Source: an uncultured bacterium
GTDB taxonomy: Bacteria > Patescibacteriota > Minisyncoccia > Minisyncoccales > JAQTVQ01
Length of the DNA: 46,047 bases
Direction of reading: 5' to 3'
Assembly: GCA_903839905.1 (NCBI GenBank)
Contig: CAIMDX010000036.1
Span: 1-46,047 of the forward strand
Shown: in pieces, positions 26,346 through 35,967 of the stretch
How the letters are laid out: the number at the start of each line of letters is the position of its first letter
How positions within the stretch are numbered: the first letter of the stretch is position 1
Notes under the pieces: model-generated
Told to the model about the DNA's origin: nothing
The model's database searches: none
What the model saw: the letters and a program-made list of their open reading frames with translations, nothing else
Translations under genes and position numbers: made by a program

Positions 26346-28097
26346 ATGGAAAATAATAGGGATAAAATTTTAAAAAATCTTTACAAAACCAGATCAGCTC
26401 CGATCAGGGAGTCTTTAGTTTCCTTAAAAGAAGTCGCCAAGTCTTATTTCAGGACAGATCTTTTTTCCGGCGCAACTATGGCAGTTAATTTTGATGACCG
26501 GATAGCCATTGCCGGGCCCAACGGAACAGGCAAATCAACTTTATTGAAGATCATTGTCGGTTTGGAGAGCCAGGATTCGGGAGGAATTGATAGGCATAGG
26601 GGTTTGAGGATTGGTTATTTGCCGCAGGAAACTCATTGGGATTCTTTGGATAATACCATTTTTGAAGAAGTGTATTCAGCTAATCCGGAGATGTACGGCC
26701 TGATAAATAAAAAAAATTATTTTGAGGCTAAGGAAAAAACAGAGAGCCTTTCCGATAAAGAAACAGAAGAATTTTTTAGCGTTTTGGGAAAATATAATAA
26801 AAAAGAAGGCTATCATTACGAAGAGATGATCAAAGAGTTGCTTAATGATTTTGGCTTTAGGGAAGAATCCTGGCAGAGGAAAGTGGAGACTTTGAGCGGA
26901 GGCGAGCGGACAAAATTGGCTTTGGCCAAAGTTTTAACTTCAAGGCCGAACCTTTTGGTTTTGGACGAGCCGACCAATCATTTGGATATAGAGACCATAG
27001 AGTGGCTGGAGAAATTTTTGAAAGATTGGGAAGGAGCCGTTGTTTGCGTTGCCCATGACCGTTATTTTTTAGACAAGATCTGCAACAAAATTTTTGAACT
27101 GACCAAAACCGGGCTGGAAAAATATTATTGTTCTTATTCGGATTATATTATAGAAAGGGAAAAACGGTTTGAAAAAAAGGAGGACCAGTATTATCGCCAG
27201 CAGAGATATTTGAAAGAACAGCAAGAGTTTATAAATAGGTTTAGATCTAAGGCTTCAACCGCCAGCCGGGTGCAAAGCCGGATTAAGCAATTGGACAAAA
27301 TAGAGATGAAAGAGCTCCCGAAAGGGTACAAGGATATAAGGATCGGTTTTGATAAGGTGGAAAAAGTTTGTACCAGAGTGATGAAAATGGATGGCATAAA
27401 GATCGGCCCGGAAAACAAAATTCTTTTTTCCGCTCCCGGGAAGGTGGAAGTTTTTTGGGGGAATAAGATTGGCGTTATCGGCCGCAATGGATTTGGCAAA
27501 TCCACGCTTTTAAAAACTATTTTAAACAGGCAAAATCTTGGGGGCGGCACCATTAAAATTGACGATAGCATAGTCATAGGTTATTACGCCCAGGCGCATG
27601 AAGACCTTGATCCGAAGAAAGATATTATGGATGAGGTTTGTTCCAAGGCCGTGGAAAAAGGCGATAAGGTGAGAAAGGTTTTGGGCAGCCTGTTGTTCAC
27701 GCAGGACGATGTTCTAAAAAAGATCAGCGAATTAAGCGGCGGGGAAAGGGCTCGCGTGGCTTTGGCAGAGCTGATTTTGCAAAATGTAAATTTTCTTTTA
27801 TTGGACGAGCCGACCAATCATTTGGACCTGCCCAGCAAGGAAATTATTACGGAAGTTTTAAAAAAATTCCAGGGAACGATTATTTTGGTTTCGCACGACC
27901 GTTACATCCTTAATAATGTTTGCGACCATATTTGGGAGATCAAAGACTGCAGGATGGAAACGCACATAGGGAATTATGATGATTATAGATACCATCTTGC
28001 CCATCCGGCCGATGAAGAACCATTGAAGAAAAAGTTTTATGAGAAGACGGAAGAAGAGCGAGGCATTGAAGATTATTTTTATTTTCCCGAAAAATAA
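26346..28097 (+). CDS. ABC-F family ATPase (translation/ribosome-associated type)
   Basis: Two ABC cassettes without TM domains: GPNGTGKST / LSGGERTKLALA / LVLDEPTNHLD and GRNGFGKST / LSGGERARVALA / LLLDEPTNHLD. A charged inter-domain linker joins them. Confidence 0.9.
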   Translation: MENNRDKILKNLYKTRSAPIRESLVSLKEVAKSYFRTDLFSGATMAVNFDDRIAIAGPNGTGKSTLLKIIVGLESQDSGGIDRHRGLRIGYLPQETHWDSLDNTIFEEVYSANPEMYGLINKKNYFEAKEKTESLSDKETEEFFSVLGKYNKKEGYHYEEMIKELLNDFGFREESWQRKVETLSGGERTKLALAKVLTSRPNLLVLDEPTNHLDIETIEWLEKFLKDWEGAVVCVAHDRYFLDKICNKIFELTKTGLEKYYCSYSDYIIEREKRFEKKEDQYYRQQRYLKEQQEFINRFRSKASTASRVQSRIKQLDKIEMKELPKGYKDIRIGFDKVEKVCTRVMKMDGIKIGPENKILFSAPGKVEVFWGNKIGVIGRNGFGKSTLLKTILNRQNLGGGTIKIDDSIVIGYYAQAHEDLDPKKDIMDEVCSKAVEKGDKVRKVLGSLLFTQDDVLKKISELSGGERARVALAELILQNVNFLLLDEPTNHLDLPSKEIITEVLKKFQGTIILVSHDRYILNNVCDHIWEIKDCRMETHIGNYDDYRYHLAHPADEEPLKKKFYEKTEEERGIEDYFYFPEK

Positions 28098-28159
28098 TAT
28101 TTTTTCTTTGCAAAGTATTTTTGATTTTAATCAAGGATATTTTTTGCTAAGATGAAGAT

Positions 28160-28939
28160 ATGAAAAAATCTTTGAAGAAAACGGTTTATATTTCTTTATT
28201 CGTTTTTCTAGGCATAGAGCTTCAATTTTTGGCTTATTTTTTGATTGAAGCGGGGCATATTGCCTTGATGAACATTGATTTTCAAAAATACGGGCTGGGA
28301 ATGCCTTTGGAATGGTGGCTTTCAGCTTATAGCATTGGCGCTATTGTATTTTTCTTTTTAGGCGCTTTGTTCGGATTTTTTCAAGGTAAACATTGGTGGG
28401 AGATCATCTATGAGAAATACGGAGAGAAGAATTTCAAGGCAAGAAGGTTCTTTAAAAGGGGAAGCTTGATGCTGGAAAGAGTTTTTGGAGAGATCGGCAA
28501 AAATTATTTTGAAATAAAAAACTTTAAATTCGGCTCTGGCGAGATAGATAATATCTGCGTGGGTCCTACAGGTATTTTCACGATTGAAATAAAGGAGAAC
28601 AGGGGAATTCTTGCTTATTACGACGGCCATCTTTTAGTGGAGGGCCGGAAGATGAAAGATGATTTTATCGGCGAGGCGAAAAAAGAAGCGGAATTTTTGA
28701 GCAATTTGATCTTTCAGAAATCCGGAAAAAGATATTTTGTCGTGCCGATGATTATTTTTCCGAATGCGGATGTGGATGAGTCTATGAATTTCAGGAAAGA
28801 CGATGTTTGGATAGGAGATAAGGGATTTCAAAATTATGTGATCAAGAAAAGCAATTATTTTATTTCAAAGGAAGAAATTTTAAAAATAGTAGAGTTTTTA
28901 AAGAAAGAAAATCCAAAATCCAAAAAAGATGAAAAATAA
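28160..28939 (+). CDS. NERD-domain protein with two N-terminal TM helices
   Basis: NICVGPTGIFTIEIKENRG matches the NERD core (D..i....Gi.viE.K). Two hydrophobic helices lie in the first 80 aa. Confidence 0.65.
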   Translation: MKKSLKKTVYISLFVFLGIELQFLAYFLIEAGHIALMNIDFQKYGLGMPLEWWLSAYSIGAIVFFFLGALFGFFQGKHWWEIIYEKYGEKNFKARRFFKRGSLMLERVFGEIGKNYFEIKNFKFGSGEIDNICVGPTGIFTIEIKENRGILAYYDGHLLVEGRKMKDDFIGEAKKEAEFLSNLIFQKSGKRYFVVPMIIFPNADVDESMNFRKDDVWIGDKGFQNYVIKKSNYFISKEEILKIVEFLKKENPKSKKDEK

Positions 28940-30192
28940 AAAACAGGAATTTGATGTAGCTGTTGTCGGCGGCGGGCCGGCCGGAATGATGGCCGCGATC
29001 CGGGCGGCGGAGCTGGGGGCGAGAACAGTTTTAATTGAAAAGAACAGCGGCTTGGGAGAGAAGCTTCTTTTGACCGGGAACGGCCGCTGTAATTTGACCA
29101 ACGCCGAGTTTGATTTGAAAAAGCTGGTAGGCCATTACAATAAAAATGGTTCTTTTCTTTTCCACGCTTTTTCCGTTTTTGGACCGAAAGAGACCATCGT
29201 TTTTTTCGGGAAGATTGGAATTAAAACAAAGATAGAAGGGGAACAAAGGGTCTTTCCGATAAGCAACAGCGCGGCTGATGTTTTGGAAGCGATGTATATA
29301 GAAATGAAGAAGAAAAAGGTTATCGTTCTATACAATGAGGAAGTTAAAGATGTTGTTTTTGGAAAAGGAGCAATTGAAAAAATCGTTTTGGCCGAAGGGG
29401 AAATAACGGCCCGGAATTATATTTTCTGTACCGGAGGAAAATCATATCCATTGACCGGTTCCAGCGGGGAAGTTTTTCAGATGATAGAGAAAACGGGGCA
29501 CAAGATCAATGCCCTTGAACCGGCATTGGTCCCAATTAGAATAAAAGAAGATTGGATCAAAGAATTGCAGGGATTAAGCTTAGAAAATGCCGGTATCAGC
29601 GTTTGGCAATTCGGCAAGAAAATAAAAACCGCAACAGGCGATTGTTTATTCACTCATTTTGGTTTAAGCGGCCCGGCTGTTATTGACTTGAGCCGGACTG
29701 TCGGAGACTTGTTAAAAAACGGAGAAGTAAAAATTTTTATAGATCTGAATCCATCTTTGAGCCAAGGCCAAATAGAAGAGAAAATCAAAAATAATTTTAA
29801 AGATTATCACAATAAAAGTTTGAAAAATTGTTTGGCTGATTTTCCGCCGAGAAAAAATGGTCTTAGCGATTGCCAGGCTTTCAAATATTGATCCGGAGAA
29901 AAAAGTGAATGGTTTGACTAAAGAAGAGCGCGGACGGTTGTTTCTTTTATTGAAAAAAATAGAGTTGACCGCGGAATCTCTTTTGGGATTTGATCTGGCC
30001 ATGGCCACCAGCGGCGGAGTTTTGACAGCAGAGATAGACGGCAAAACAATGAGGTCAAAGATTATCAGTAATTTATTTTTCGCCGGAGAGATTATTGATA
30101 TAGACGGGGAGACGGGAGGCTTTAATTTGCAGAATTGTTGGAGTACCGGATATTTAGCCGGCCAAAGCGCCATTGAACTTTTAAGAAATTAA
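28929..30192 (+). pseudogene. HI0933/BaiN-like FAD-dependent oxidoreductase, frame broken in an A6 run
   Basis: FDVAVVGGGPAGMMAAIRAAELG...LLLTGNGRCNLTN at the N-terminus. The C-terminal ATSGGV...FFAGEIIDIDGETGGFNLQNCWSTGYLAG is in the +1 frame from 29857. Confidence 0.85.
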
Positions 30193-30207
30193 TAATTTTT
30201 TGAATTT

Positions 30208-30943
30208 ATGGCCCAAGACAAAAATAAGCAGCTTCAAAATAAAGGCGGGATCAAGATTGCTAAAGATGGACCGTATTTGGTGTTTGGAAGTTTGCCTTTG
30301 AAAAAAGAAATAATCGTTGCTGACGAGAACGGCGATTCAAGCGCATGGGGAAAAGGAAAGGAGTATCCCAGGCAGGAAAAATATGCCTTGTGCCGTTGCG
30401 GCCATTCCAAGAATAAGCCTTTTTGCGACGGTGATCATGCCAAGATTGGCTTTGACGGGACAGAGACGGCCAGCAAAGAAAATTATTCGGACCAATGTGA
30501 AAAGATCTCTGGTCCGGAATTGGATTTGGCTGATGTGCCGGATCTCTGCGCCCGGGCCCGTTTTTGCCATAACCAATATAATGATGTTTGGAGCAATACT
30601 CAAGGATCTGATGATCCTGACCTGAAAAAAAACGCCGTTAAGCAAGCTTGCAACTGTCCTTCGGGCAGATTAGTAGCAATAAATAAAAAAACAGGGGAGC
30701 CGATAGAACCAGGATTTGAGCAGTCAATCAGTTTAGTTGAAGATCCTGCCAAGAAGGTTAGCGGGCCTATTTGGGCCAAAGGAGGGGGTATCTATAGAAT
30801 CGGCGGATGGGACAAAGTACGAGGCCAGGAACCGTGTTACCTTGTGCCGTTGCGGCAAATCCCGCAATAAGCCTTTTTGTGATGGATGCCATATTGATAA
30901 TGGTTTTAATGACGGAGATGCGAATTTGGGCTTGACAGAGTAG
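30208..30943 (+). pseudogene. CDGSH iron-sulfur protein with central divergent 4Fe-4S domain, frame broken in a G5 run
   Basis: First CDGSH-type motif CRCGHSKNKPFCDGDH. Cys cluster CARARFCHN...CNCPSGRL. Second motif CRCGKSRNKPFCDGCH is in the +1 frame after 30784-30788. Confidence 0.8.
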
Positions 30944-31215
30944 TAAAAATACAATATAATTTTATTATAAACAATTGAGATTATATATTTTTCAAAAAGC
31001 GAAACCTTTCTTTGTTAAAAATATTCAATCTCACACCTTAAGCGAGGTTGAATATTCCGGCTGAAAAGCCGGCCTGTTATTCAGAGTTAACAAAAAAAGG
31101 CTTCGCTTTTTTTATTGGAGATGCTCCGCATTTTATACATCGGGGCGTTCACCAAACTGGCAAAGTGTGCGGCAACGAAATTGCCAAAACATATCTAAAA
31201 AAGCCAAAACAATTT

Positions 31216-32466
31216 ATGCAGACTAGAACATTTTCTAGAAACAGCCAAAGGTCCGGATCTCGTTCCGGAAGCAATTCTAATTTTAGAAGAGGCGGTTCTT
31301 CGGGCAGCCGCGGCGGATTTTCCGGCAAAGGAAGATTCAGCGGAAATAAACTGGACATTGTTAAATTTATTCAAAAGAATGAAGCGGAAATAAGAAATCA
31401 TCCTATGAAAGATGAGCAAGTTTATAAGCCGGTTCATAAATTTGCCGATTTTAAAATTGAGAACGATCTTAAAAATAACATCGCTAAGAAAGGATATATT
31501 GATCCGACTCCGATCCAGGACCAGGTGATCCCTTTGCTTTTGCAGGGCAAGGATGTTGTAGGCATTGCTAATACCGGCCAAGGAAAAACAGCCGCTTTTT
31601 TAATTCCCGCAATTAATAATATTCTTTTGCATCGCGAGAATAAAACCATTATTATTGTTCCGACCAGAGAGCTGGCTTTGCAGATAGAAAAAGAATTTAA
31701 AGATTTCAGCTTTGGTTTAAGAGTCTATGCCGTGACTTGTATCGGCGGTACCGGGATCAGAACCCAATTTTATGGCCTCAAAAGAGGATATGATTTTATT
31801 ATCGGAACTCCTGGCAGGATCAAGGATTTGGTTCAAAGAAGAGCCTTGGATATGTCTAAGATGAAAACAGTCGTCTTGGATGAAGCCGATAGGATGCTTG
31901 ATATGGGTTTTGTGGATGAAATTAAATATTTGATCAACCAAATGCCGGCGGATAGGCAGACCCTTTTCTTTTCGGCGACTATTCCGAGCGCCATAGAGCA
32001 GCTTGTTAGTAAGTTCACTAAGAATCCAGTTAAGGTTTCGGTTAAGACTCGCGAGATGCCTTTGAATATCACTCACGAAGTTATCAAAACCGGCGGGAAT
32101 GGAAGCAAGAAGATGGAAAAATTGTGCGAGCTGTTGGCTGGGGAAAATTTCAGCAAGGTCCTTATTTTCGGCAGAACTAAATGGGGAGTGGAAAGCCTTT
32201 CCGAAAATTTGTCAGAAAGAGGATTTAAGGTTGAATCTATTCATGGCGGAAAAACCCAATCCAATAGGCAAAAAGCTCTCAGTTTTTTCAAAACGAATCA
32301 AGTCAGGATATTGGTGGCCACTGATGTGGCAGCCAGGGGTCTGGATATTGATAATGTCACCCATGTCATCAACTACGATGTTCCTGCTACTTATGATGAC
32401 TATGTCCATCGCATAGGCAGGACCGGCAGATGCCAAAATAAAGGCAACGCCATTACTTTTATTTAA
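31216..32466 (+). CDS. DEAD-box ATP-dependent RNA helicase with Arg/Gly/Ser-rich N-terminus
   Basis: Q motif region, ANTGQGKTAAF (motif I), VLDEADRMLD (II), FSAT (III), HRIGRTGR (VI). ATG 31216 is preferred to the tracked TTG at 31048. Confidence 0.92.
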   Translation: MQTRTFSRNSQRSGSRSGSNSNFRRGGSSGSRGGFSGKGRFSGNKLDIVKFIQKNEAEIRNHPMKDEQVYKPVHKFADFKIENDLKNNIAKKGYIDPTPIQDQVIPLLLQGKDVVGIANTGQGKTAAFLIPAINNILLHRENKTIIIVPTRELALQIEKEFKDFSFGLRVYAVTCIGGTGIRTQFYGLKRGYDFIIGTPGRIKDLVQRRALDMSKMKTVVLDEADRMLDMGFVDEIKYLINQMPADRQTLFFSATIPSAIEQLVSKFTKNPVKVSVKTREMPLNITHEVIKTGGNGSKKMEKLCELLAGENFSKVLIFGRTKWGVESLSENLSERGFKVESIHGGKTQSNRQKALSFFKTNQVRILVATDVAARGLDIDNVTHVINYDVPATYDDYVHRIGRTGRCQNKGNAITFI

Positions 32467-32486
32467 GCTTGCAAAAAGAGCTATCG

Positions 32487-32512
32487 AAAAATCGCCTGAA
32501 AGGCGATTTTTT
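32487..32512 (+). terminator. intrinsic terminator AAAAATCGCC-TGAAA-GGCGATTTTTT
   Basis: 10-bp stem plus T-run, 21 nt after the helicase stop. Confidence 0.75.
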
Positions 32513-32532
32513 GATAAAATAAAAAGAAGAAA

Positions 32533-33042
32533 ATGAAGAATTTTTTGGCGAACAATAAAATTATCATATTGATAGCAATAGTCGGTTTTTTATTTGGGGT
32601 AATTGTTTATCTTTTCCAAAACCAAAAACCAGCTGAACAGAGTTTGATTTTTGAAGAAAATTTAGGATCTAATGAAGTCGCTTTGGAAGTGTCATCTACC
32701 CAGCCGGAGATTGGCGGCCAGCCAATAGCAAAAGAGCAGACAAATATAGTTGCTGGCTGCGCTTCTTATCTTGATGCCGGAAAATTTATAGGGGAAGAAA
32801 AATGCGTAACAGGAAAAGTGGACAATATTTATGTTTCTTCGGGCGGGACCACTTTTTTTGATTTTTGTCCGGATTATAAAACTTGTGCTTTCAGTGCTGT
32901 GATTTTTAAGTCTGATTCTTTCAATTTTCCGGAGGCGAAGCAGTACCAGGGAAAAACAGTAGAGATAACCGGGCTGGTTAAGACTTATCAAGGCCGGCCG
33001 GAAATTATTTTAAACAATGCAGATCAAATTAAAATTAAATAA
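32533..33042 (+). CDS. membrane-anchored protein with C-terminal OB-fold-like domain
   Basis: N-terminal TM. C-terminal KCVTGKVDNIYVSSGGTTFFDF...GKTVEITGLVKTYQGRPEIIL resembles OB-fold nucleic-acid-binding modules found next to nucleases. The assignment is tentative. Confidence 0.45.
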   Translation: MKNFLANNKIIILIAIVGFLFGVIVYLFQNQKPAEQSLIFEENLGSNEVALEVSSTQPEIGGQPIAKEQTNIVAGCASYLDAGKFIGEEKCVTGKVDNIYVSSGGTTFFDFCPDYKTCAFSAVIFKSDSFNFPEAKQYQGKTVEITGLVKTYQGRPEIILNNADQIKIK

Positions 33043-33565
33043 ATTTTTACTTTACGCTTTAGTACTGGTTTTATCCGGGTTAGCCGGTTATTATTTTTTT
33101 GCGGCCTTTGACCGCGTTCCGGCAAAGAAAGAAAGTAAGATTTTTTATAGCGTCATTGAAGTTATTGATGGAGACACTATCAAATCCGAGGTTAACGGAA
33201 AAGTTGAAAACATCCGGCTGATAGGGATAGATACGCCGGAGATCGCCGGACCATATAGGGAAGAGGGATGCTTCGGGCAAGAAGCTTCCTTAAAAACAAA
33301 AGAGTTGCTTAGCGGTAAAAAAGTTTCTTTGGTTTCGGATGCTTCCGTTTCTGACAGGGATAAATACGGCCGGCTATTGCGGTATGTTTTTTTGCCGGAT
33401 GGGGAGTTTATTAACGCAGAGCTGGTCAAGGGCGGTTATGCTTTTAACTATGCTTATGAAAATTTTCAATATTTGAATTATTTTAACGATTTAGAAAAGC
33501 AAGCCAAGGAAGGCCGTTTGGGCTTGTGGGGCAGCGGATGCGATTATTATTTTGAAACAAGATAA
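33017..33565 (+). CDS. thermonuclease (staphylococcal-nuclease family), membrane-anchored
   Basis: VIDGDTIK...IRLIGIDTPE...DKYGRLLRYV...NAELVKGGYA. N-terminal TM helix. Overlaps the preceding gene by 26 nt. Confidence 0.88.
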   Translation: MQIKLKLNKFLLYALVLVLSGLAGYYFFAAFDRVPAKKESKIFYSVIEVIDGDTIKSEVNGKVENIRLIGIDTPEIAGPYREEGCFGQEASLKTKELLSGKKVSLVSDASVSDRDKYGRLLRYVFLPDGEFINAELVKGGYAFNYAYENFQYLNYFNDLEKQAKEGRLGLWGSGCDYYFETR

Positions 33566-33591
33566 ATATATTTAAGAATGAATAAAAAATT

Positions 33592-34143
33592 ATGGAATTG
33601 ATCCTAATCTTAGGGCCGATGAAAAGCGGTAAATCGTTTGAGCTGATAAGCTACTCCATGCCTTTGCAATACGCGGATATTTCTTTTAAGGTTTTCCAGT
33701 CTGCCAAAAATGTCAGAGACGAAAGCGTTTGGTCAAGGAACGGAGTTTCCTTACAGGCCAAGAAAGTTTCCAATCTGTCCGAAGCAATGGAAGGAGGCTT
33801 GAAGGTTGTGGGCATAGACGAGATTCACATGTTTGAAGAGAGCGATGCTGATATTATAGAAGGGTTGCTAAAAAAGGGGACCAAGGTTGTTGCTTCCGGC
33901 CTGGATACGGATTATAGAGGAGAAATGTTCCCGATAATAAAAAAGCTTCTTTCTATGGGGCCGAAAGAGGTTGAATATAAGCGAGCGGTTTGCGAAATTT
34001 GCAAAACGCCGGACGCGGTTTATACCCAAATTTATAAAAATGGCGAGCCAGTACTTGAAGGTTTGCCTTCAATTGTTCCCGAAGACGGAAGCTATGTTTA
34101 TAAGCCGGTTTGCCGCAAGTGCTTTCTTAAGCGTACAAGGTGA
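33592..34143 (+). CDS. tdk: thymidine kinase
   Basis: P-loop GPMKSGKS, GIDEIHMF, and C-terminal zinc site CEIC...CRKC. Confidence 0.9.
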   Translation: MELILILGPMKSGKSFELISYSMPLQYADISFKVFQSAKNVRDESVWSRNGVSLQAKKVSNLSEAMEGGLKVVGIDEIHMFEESDADIIEGLLKKGTKVVASGLDTDYRGEMFPIIKKLLSMGPKEVEYKRAVCEICKTPDAVYTQIYKNGEPVLEGLPSIVPEDGSYVYKPVCRKCFLKRTR

Positions 34144-34157
34144 CGCCTTGCACAATT

Positions 34158-35459
34158 TTATTTTATCAGGCCGAATTTCTTTTTTAGATCCAGAATGCGG
34201 TTGCAAGATTCATTGATTGTTTTTTCGGCTATCTGGCCATCTTTTACAGCTTCAAAAATAATATCAATCGTTTTGCTTGCGATTTTTTCATCATAAGAAT
34301 CGTTGTTATTTGAAAGGATAAGCAAGTCGCATCCGGCGTTTATAGCTTTAATGATCGCGTCTTTGAAGCCATAATTTTTCGTTATGGCGCCCATTTGCAT
34401 ATCGTCGGAAACGATTACTCCTTTATAGCCGAGCTGCTTTCTTAAAATATTTTGCAAGAAAAGAGGGGAAAGGGTGGCCGGATAATCCGGGTCAATGGAA
34501 GTATTCATTATGTGGGCGGTCATTACCATATCAGCCTGATCTTGCTCAATGATCTTTTGGAAAGGGATAAGCTCTTTCTGCTGGTAGGTCTTTGTGACAT
34601 CAACCAGTCCGAGATGGCTGTCGCTTTGCGAACTGCCGTGGCCGGGAAAATGTTTTATCGCGGAGATGATATTATCTAAATGAAGGCCTTTGATAAAAGC
34701 GATGGCTTGACTTGCTACTTCATCAGGATCGCTGGAAAAAGACCTTTCCAGTCTGCCGATGGCCGGGTTATCTGGATTAACATTGACATCAGCATCAGGA
34801 GCGAAATCCATATTAAATCCAAGACCTTTAAGCTCTTGGCCTAATTCGTTAGCTGTTTTTTCGGTAAAGCTTAAGTCGTTTTTATCGCCCAGATTTTGGG
34901 CGCTGGGGAAATCAATAAAACCGTATTTCGCCTTTAGGCGATTGACCAATCCGCCTTCGGCGTCAACTGATATAAAGAGAGGGATGTTAGAAAAACTTTG
35001 CAGGCCAGTTATGAGTTCTTTTATTTGCGTTGGGCTGGTAATATTTCTGGGAAAGCTTTTTGACGGATTATCATAGTCAAAAAGAATAACTCCGCCGAGG
35101 TTTAGATTTTTTATTTGGTCGCCGATGATGGATTTTGTTGCAATTTTCGTGCCGCGGAATCCAATAATGAGCATTTGTCCGATTTTTTCTCTTAGAATCT
35201 CATCTTGATTGATTTTTTCTTGGTCTTTGCCTTGAGCTTGGCTGTTTTCTTCGGCTTGATTTTGGGTCGTTGATCCATTTTGATCTTGGAATTGGCTCTG
35301 TTCTTTGTTTTGGGCATTTTTTTGGGCTTGATCTTGAAGATGGTCGTTAATGGGAGTGTCCTCTATTTTTTGGGGAAAATAGAAAAATGCAATGATTCCC
35401 GCTGTAAATAAAAAAGCCAAAATGATAATGAATTTATTTTTCGTTGAAAGATTTTGCAT
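34158..35459 (-). CDS. glycoside hydrolase family 3 (NagZ-like beta-N-acetylhexosaminidase), membrane-anchored
   Basis: KHFPGHG, GVIVSDDMQM and LISVDAEGG blocks. N-terminal TM plus a Q-rich low-complexity linker. Confidence 0.85.
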   Translation of the reverse strand: MQNLSTKNKFIIILAFLFTAGIIAFFYFPQKIEDTPINDHLQDQAQKNAQNKEQSQFQDQNGSTTQNQAEENSQAQGKDQEKINQDEILREKIGQMLIIGFRGTKIATKSIIGDQIKNLNLGGVILFDYDNPSKSFPRNITSPTQIKELITGLQSFSNIPLFISVDAEGGLVNRLKAKYGFIDFPSAQNLGDKNDLSFTEKTANELGQELKGLGFNMDFAPDADVNVNPDNPAIGRLERSFSSDPDEVASQAIAFIKGLHLDNIISAIKHFPGHGSSQSDSHLGLVDVTKTYQQKELIPFQKIIEQDQADMVMTAHIMNTSIDPDYPATLSPLFLQNILRKQLGYKGVIVSDDMQMGAITKNYGFKDAIIKAINAGCDLLILSNNNDSYDEKIASKTIDIIFEAVKDGQIAEKTINESCNRILDLKKKFGLIK

Positions 35460-35573
35460 AAGTAAATAATATCATAAAGGCATTTAATCAAAAAAGATTT
35501 TTCTGATAAAATATAGTTATAATAATAAATGAGTTTGCTGAAGTATAAAAATTAATCATTAATAAATTAATTT

Positions 35574-35879
35574 ATGTTCAAAGGTTTTGTAGAATTTATT
35601 CGCAATCAGGGAGTGGCAGGTTTGGCTGTCGGTTTCATTCTTGGCGGCGCGGTTTCCAAATTGGTTTCAGCCATTGTTACCGATCTTATCAATCCTTTGC
35701 TTGGGATATTCATCGGCCAAGCAGGAACGCTTAAGTCAGCCTATCTGGCTATCGGCCCGGCCAAGATGATGTGGGGCGATTTTGTTTCGGTTTTGATAGA
35801 CTTTTTGGTCATCGCCCTGGTTGTCTATTTTGGCGTTAAGCTTTTAAAACTGGATAAGCTTGATAAGCCGAAGCAGTAG
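35574..35879 (+). CDS. mscL: large-conductance mechanosensitive channel
   Basis: FIRNQGVAGLAVGFILGGAVSKLVSAIVTDLINPLLG aligns with the MscL TM1 region. 101 aa (short C-terminus). Confidence 0.88.
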   Translation: MFKGFVEFIRNQGVAGLAVGFILGGAVSKLVSAIVTDLINPLLGIFIGQAGTLKSAYLAIGPAKMMWGDFVSVLIDFLVIALVVYFGVKLLKLDKLDKPKQ

Positions 35880-35967
35880 ATCTGCGGAAACTTGATTTTT
35901 AAATTTTGGAAAACAGTGGAAGAATAAACTGTACCTTTTTTTCGGCTGTATAGTATAATTATCTTGT

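Noticed and set aside
29712-30173. 153-aa minus-strand ORF
   Set aside because: It lies antisense to the conserved C-terminal part of the BaiN-like flavoprotein.
31121-31198. 25-codon uORF in the helicase leader
   Set aside because: The GGAG abuts the ATG with no spacer, and nothing else supports translation.
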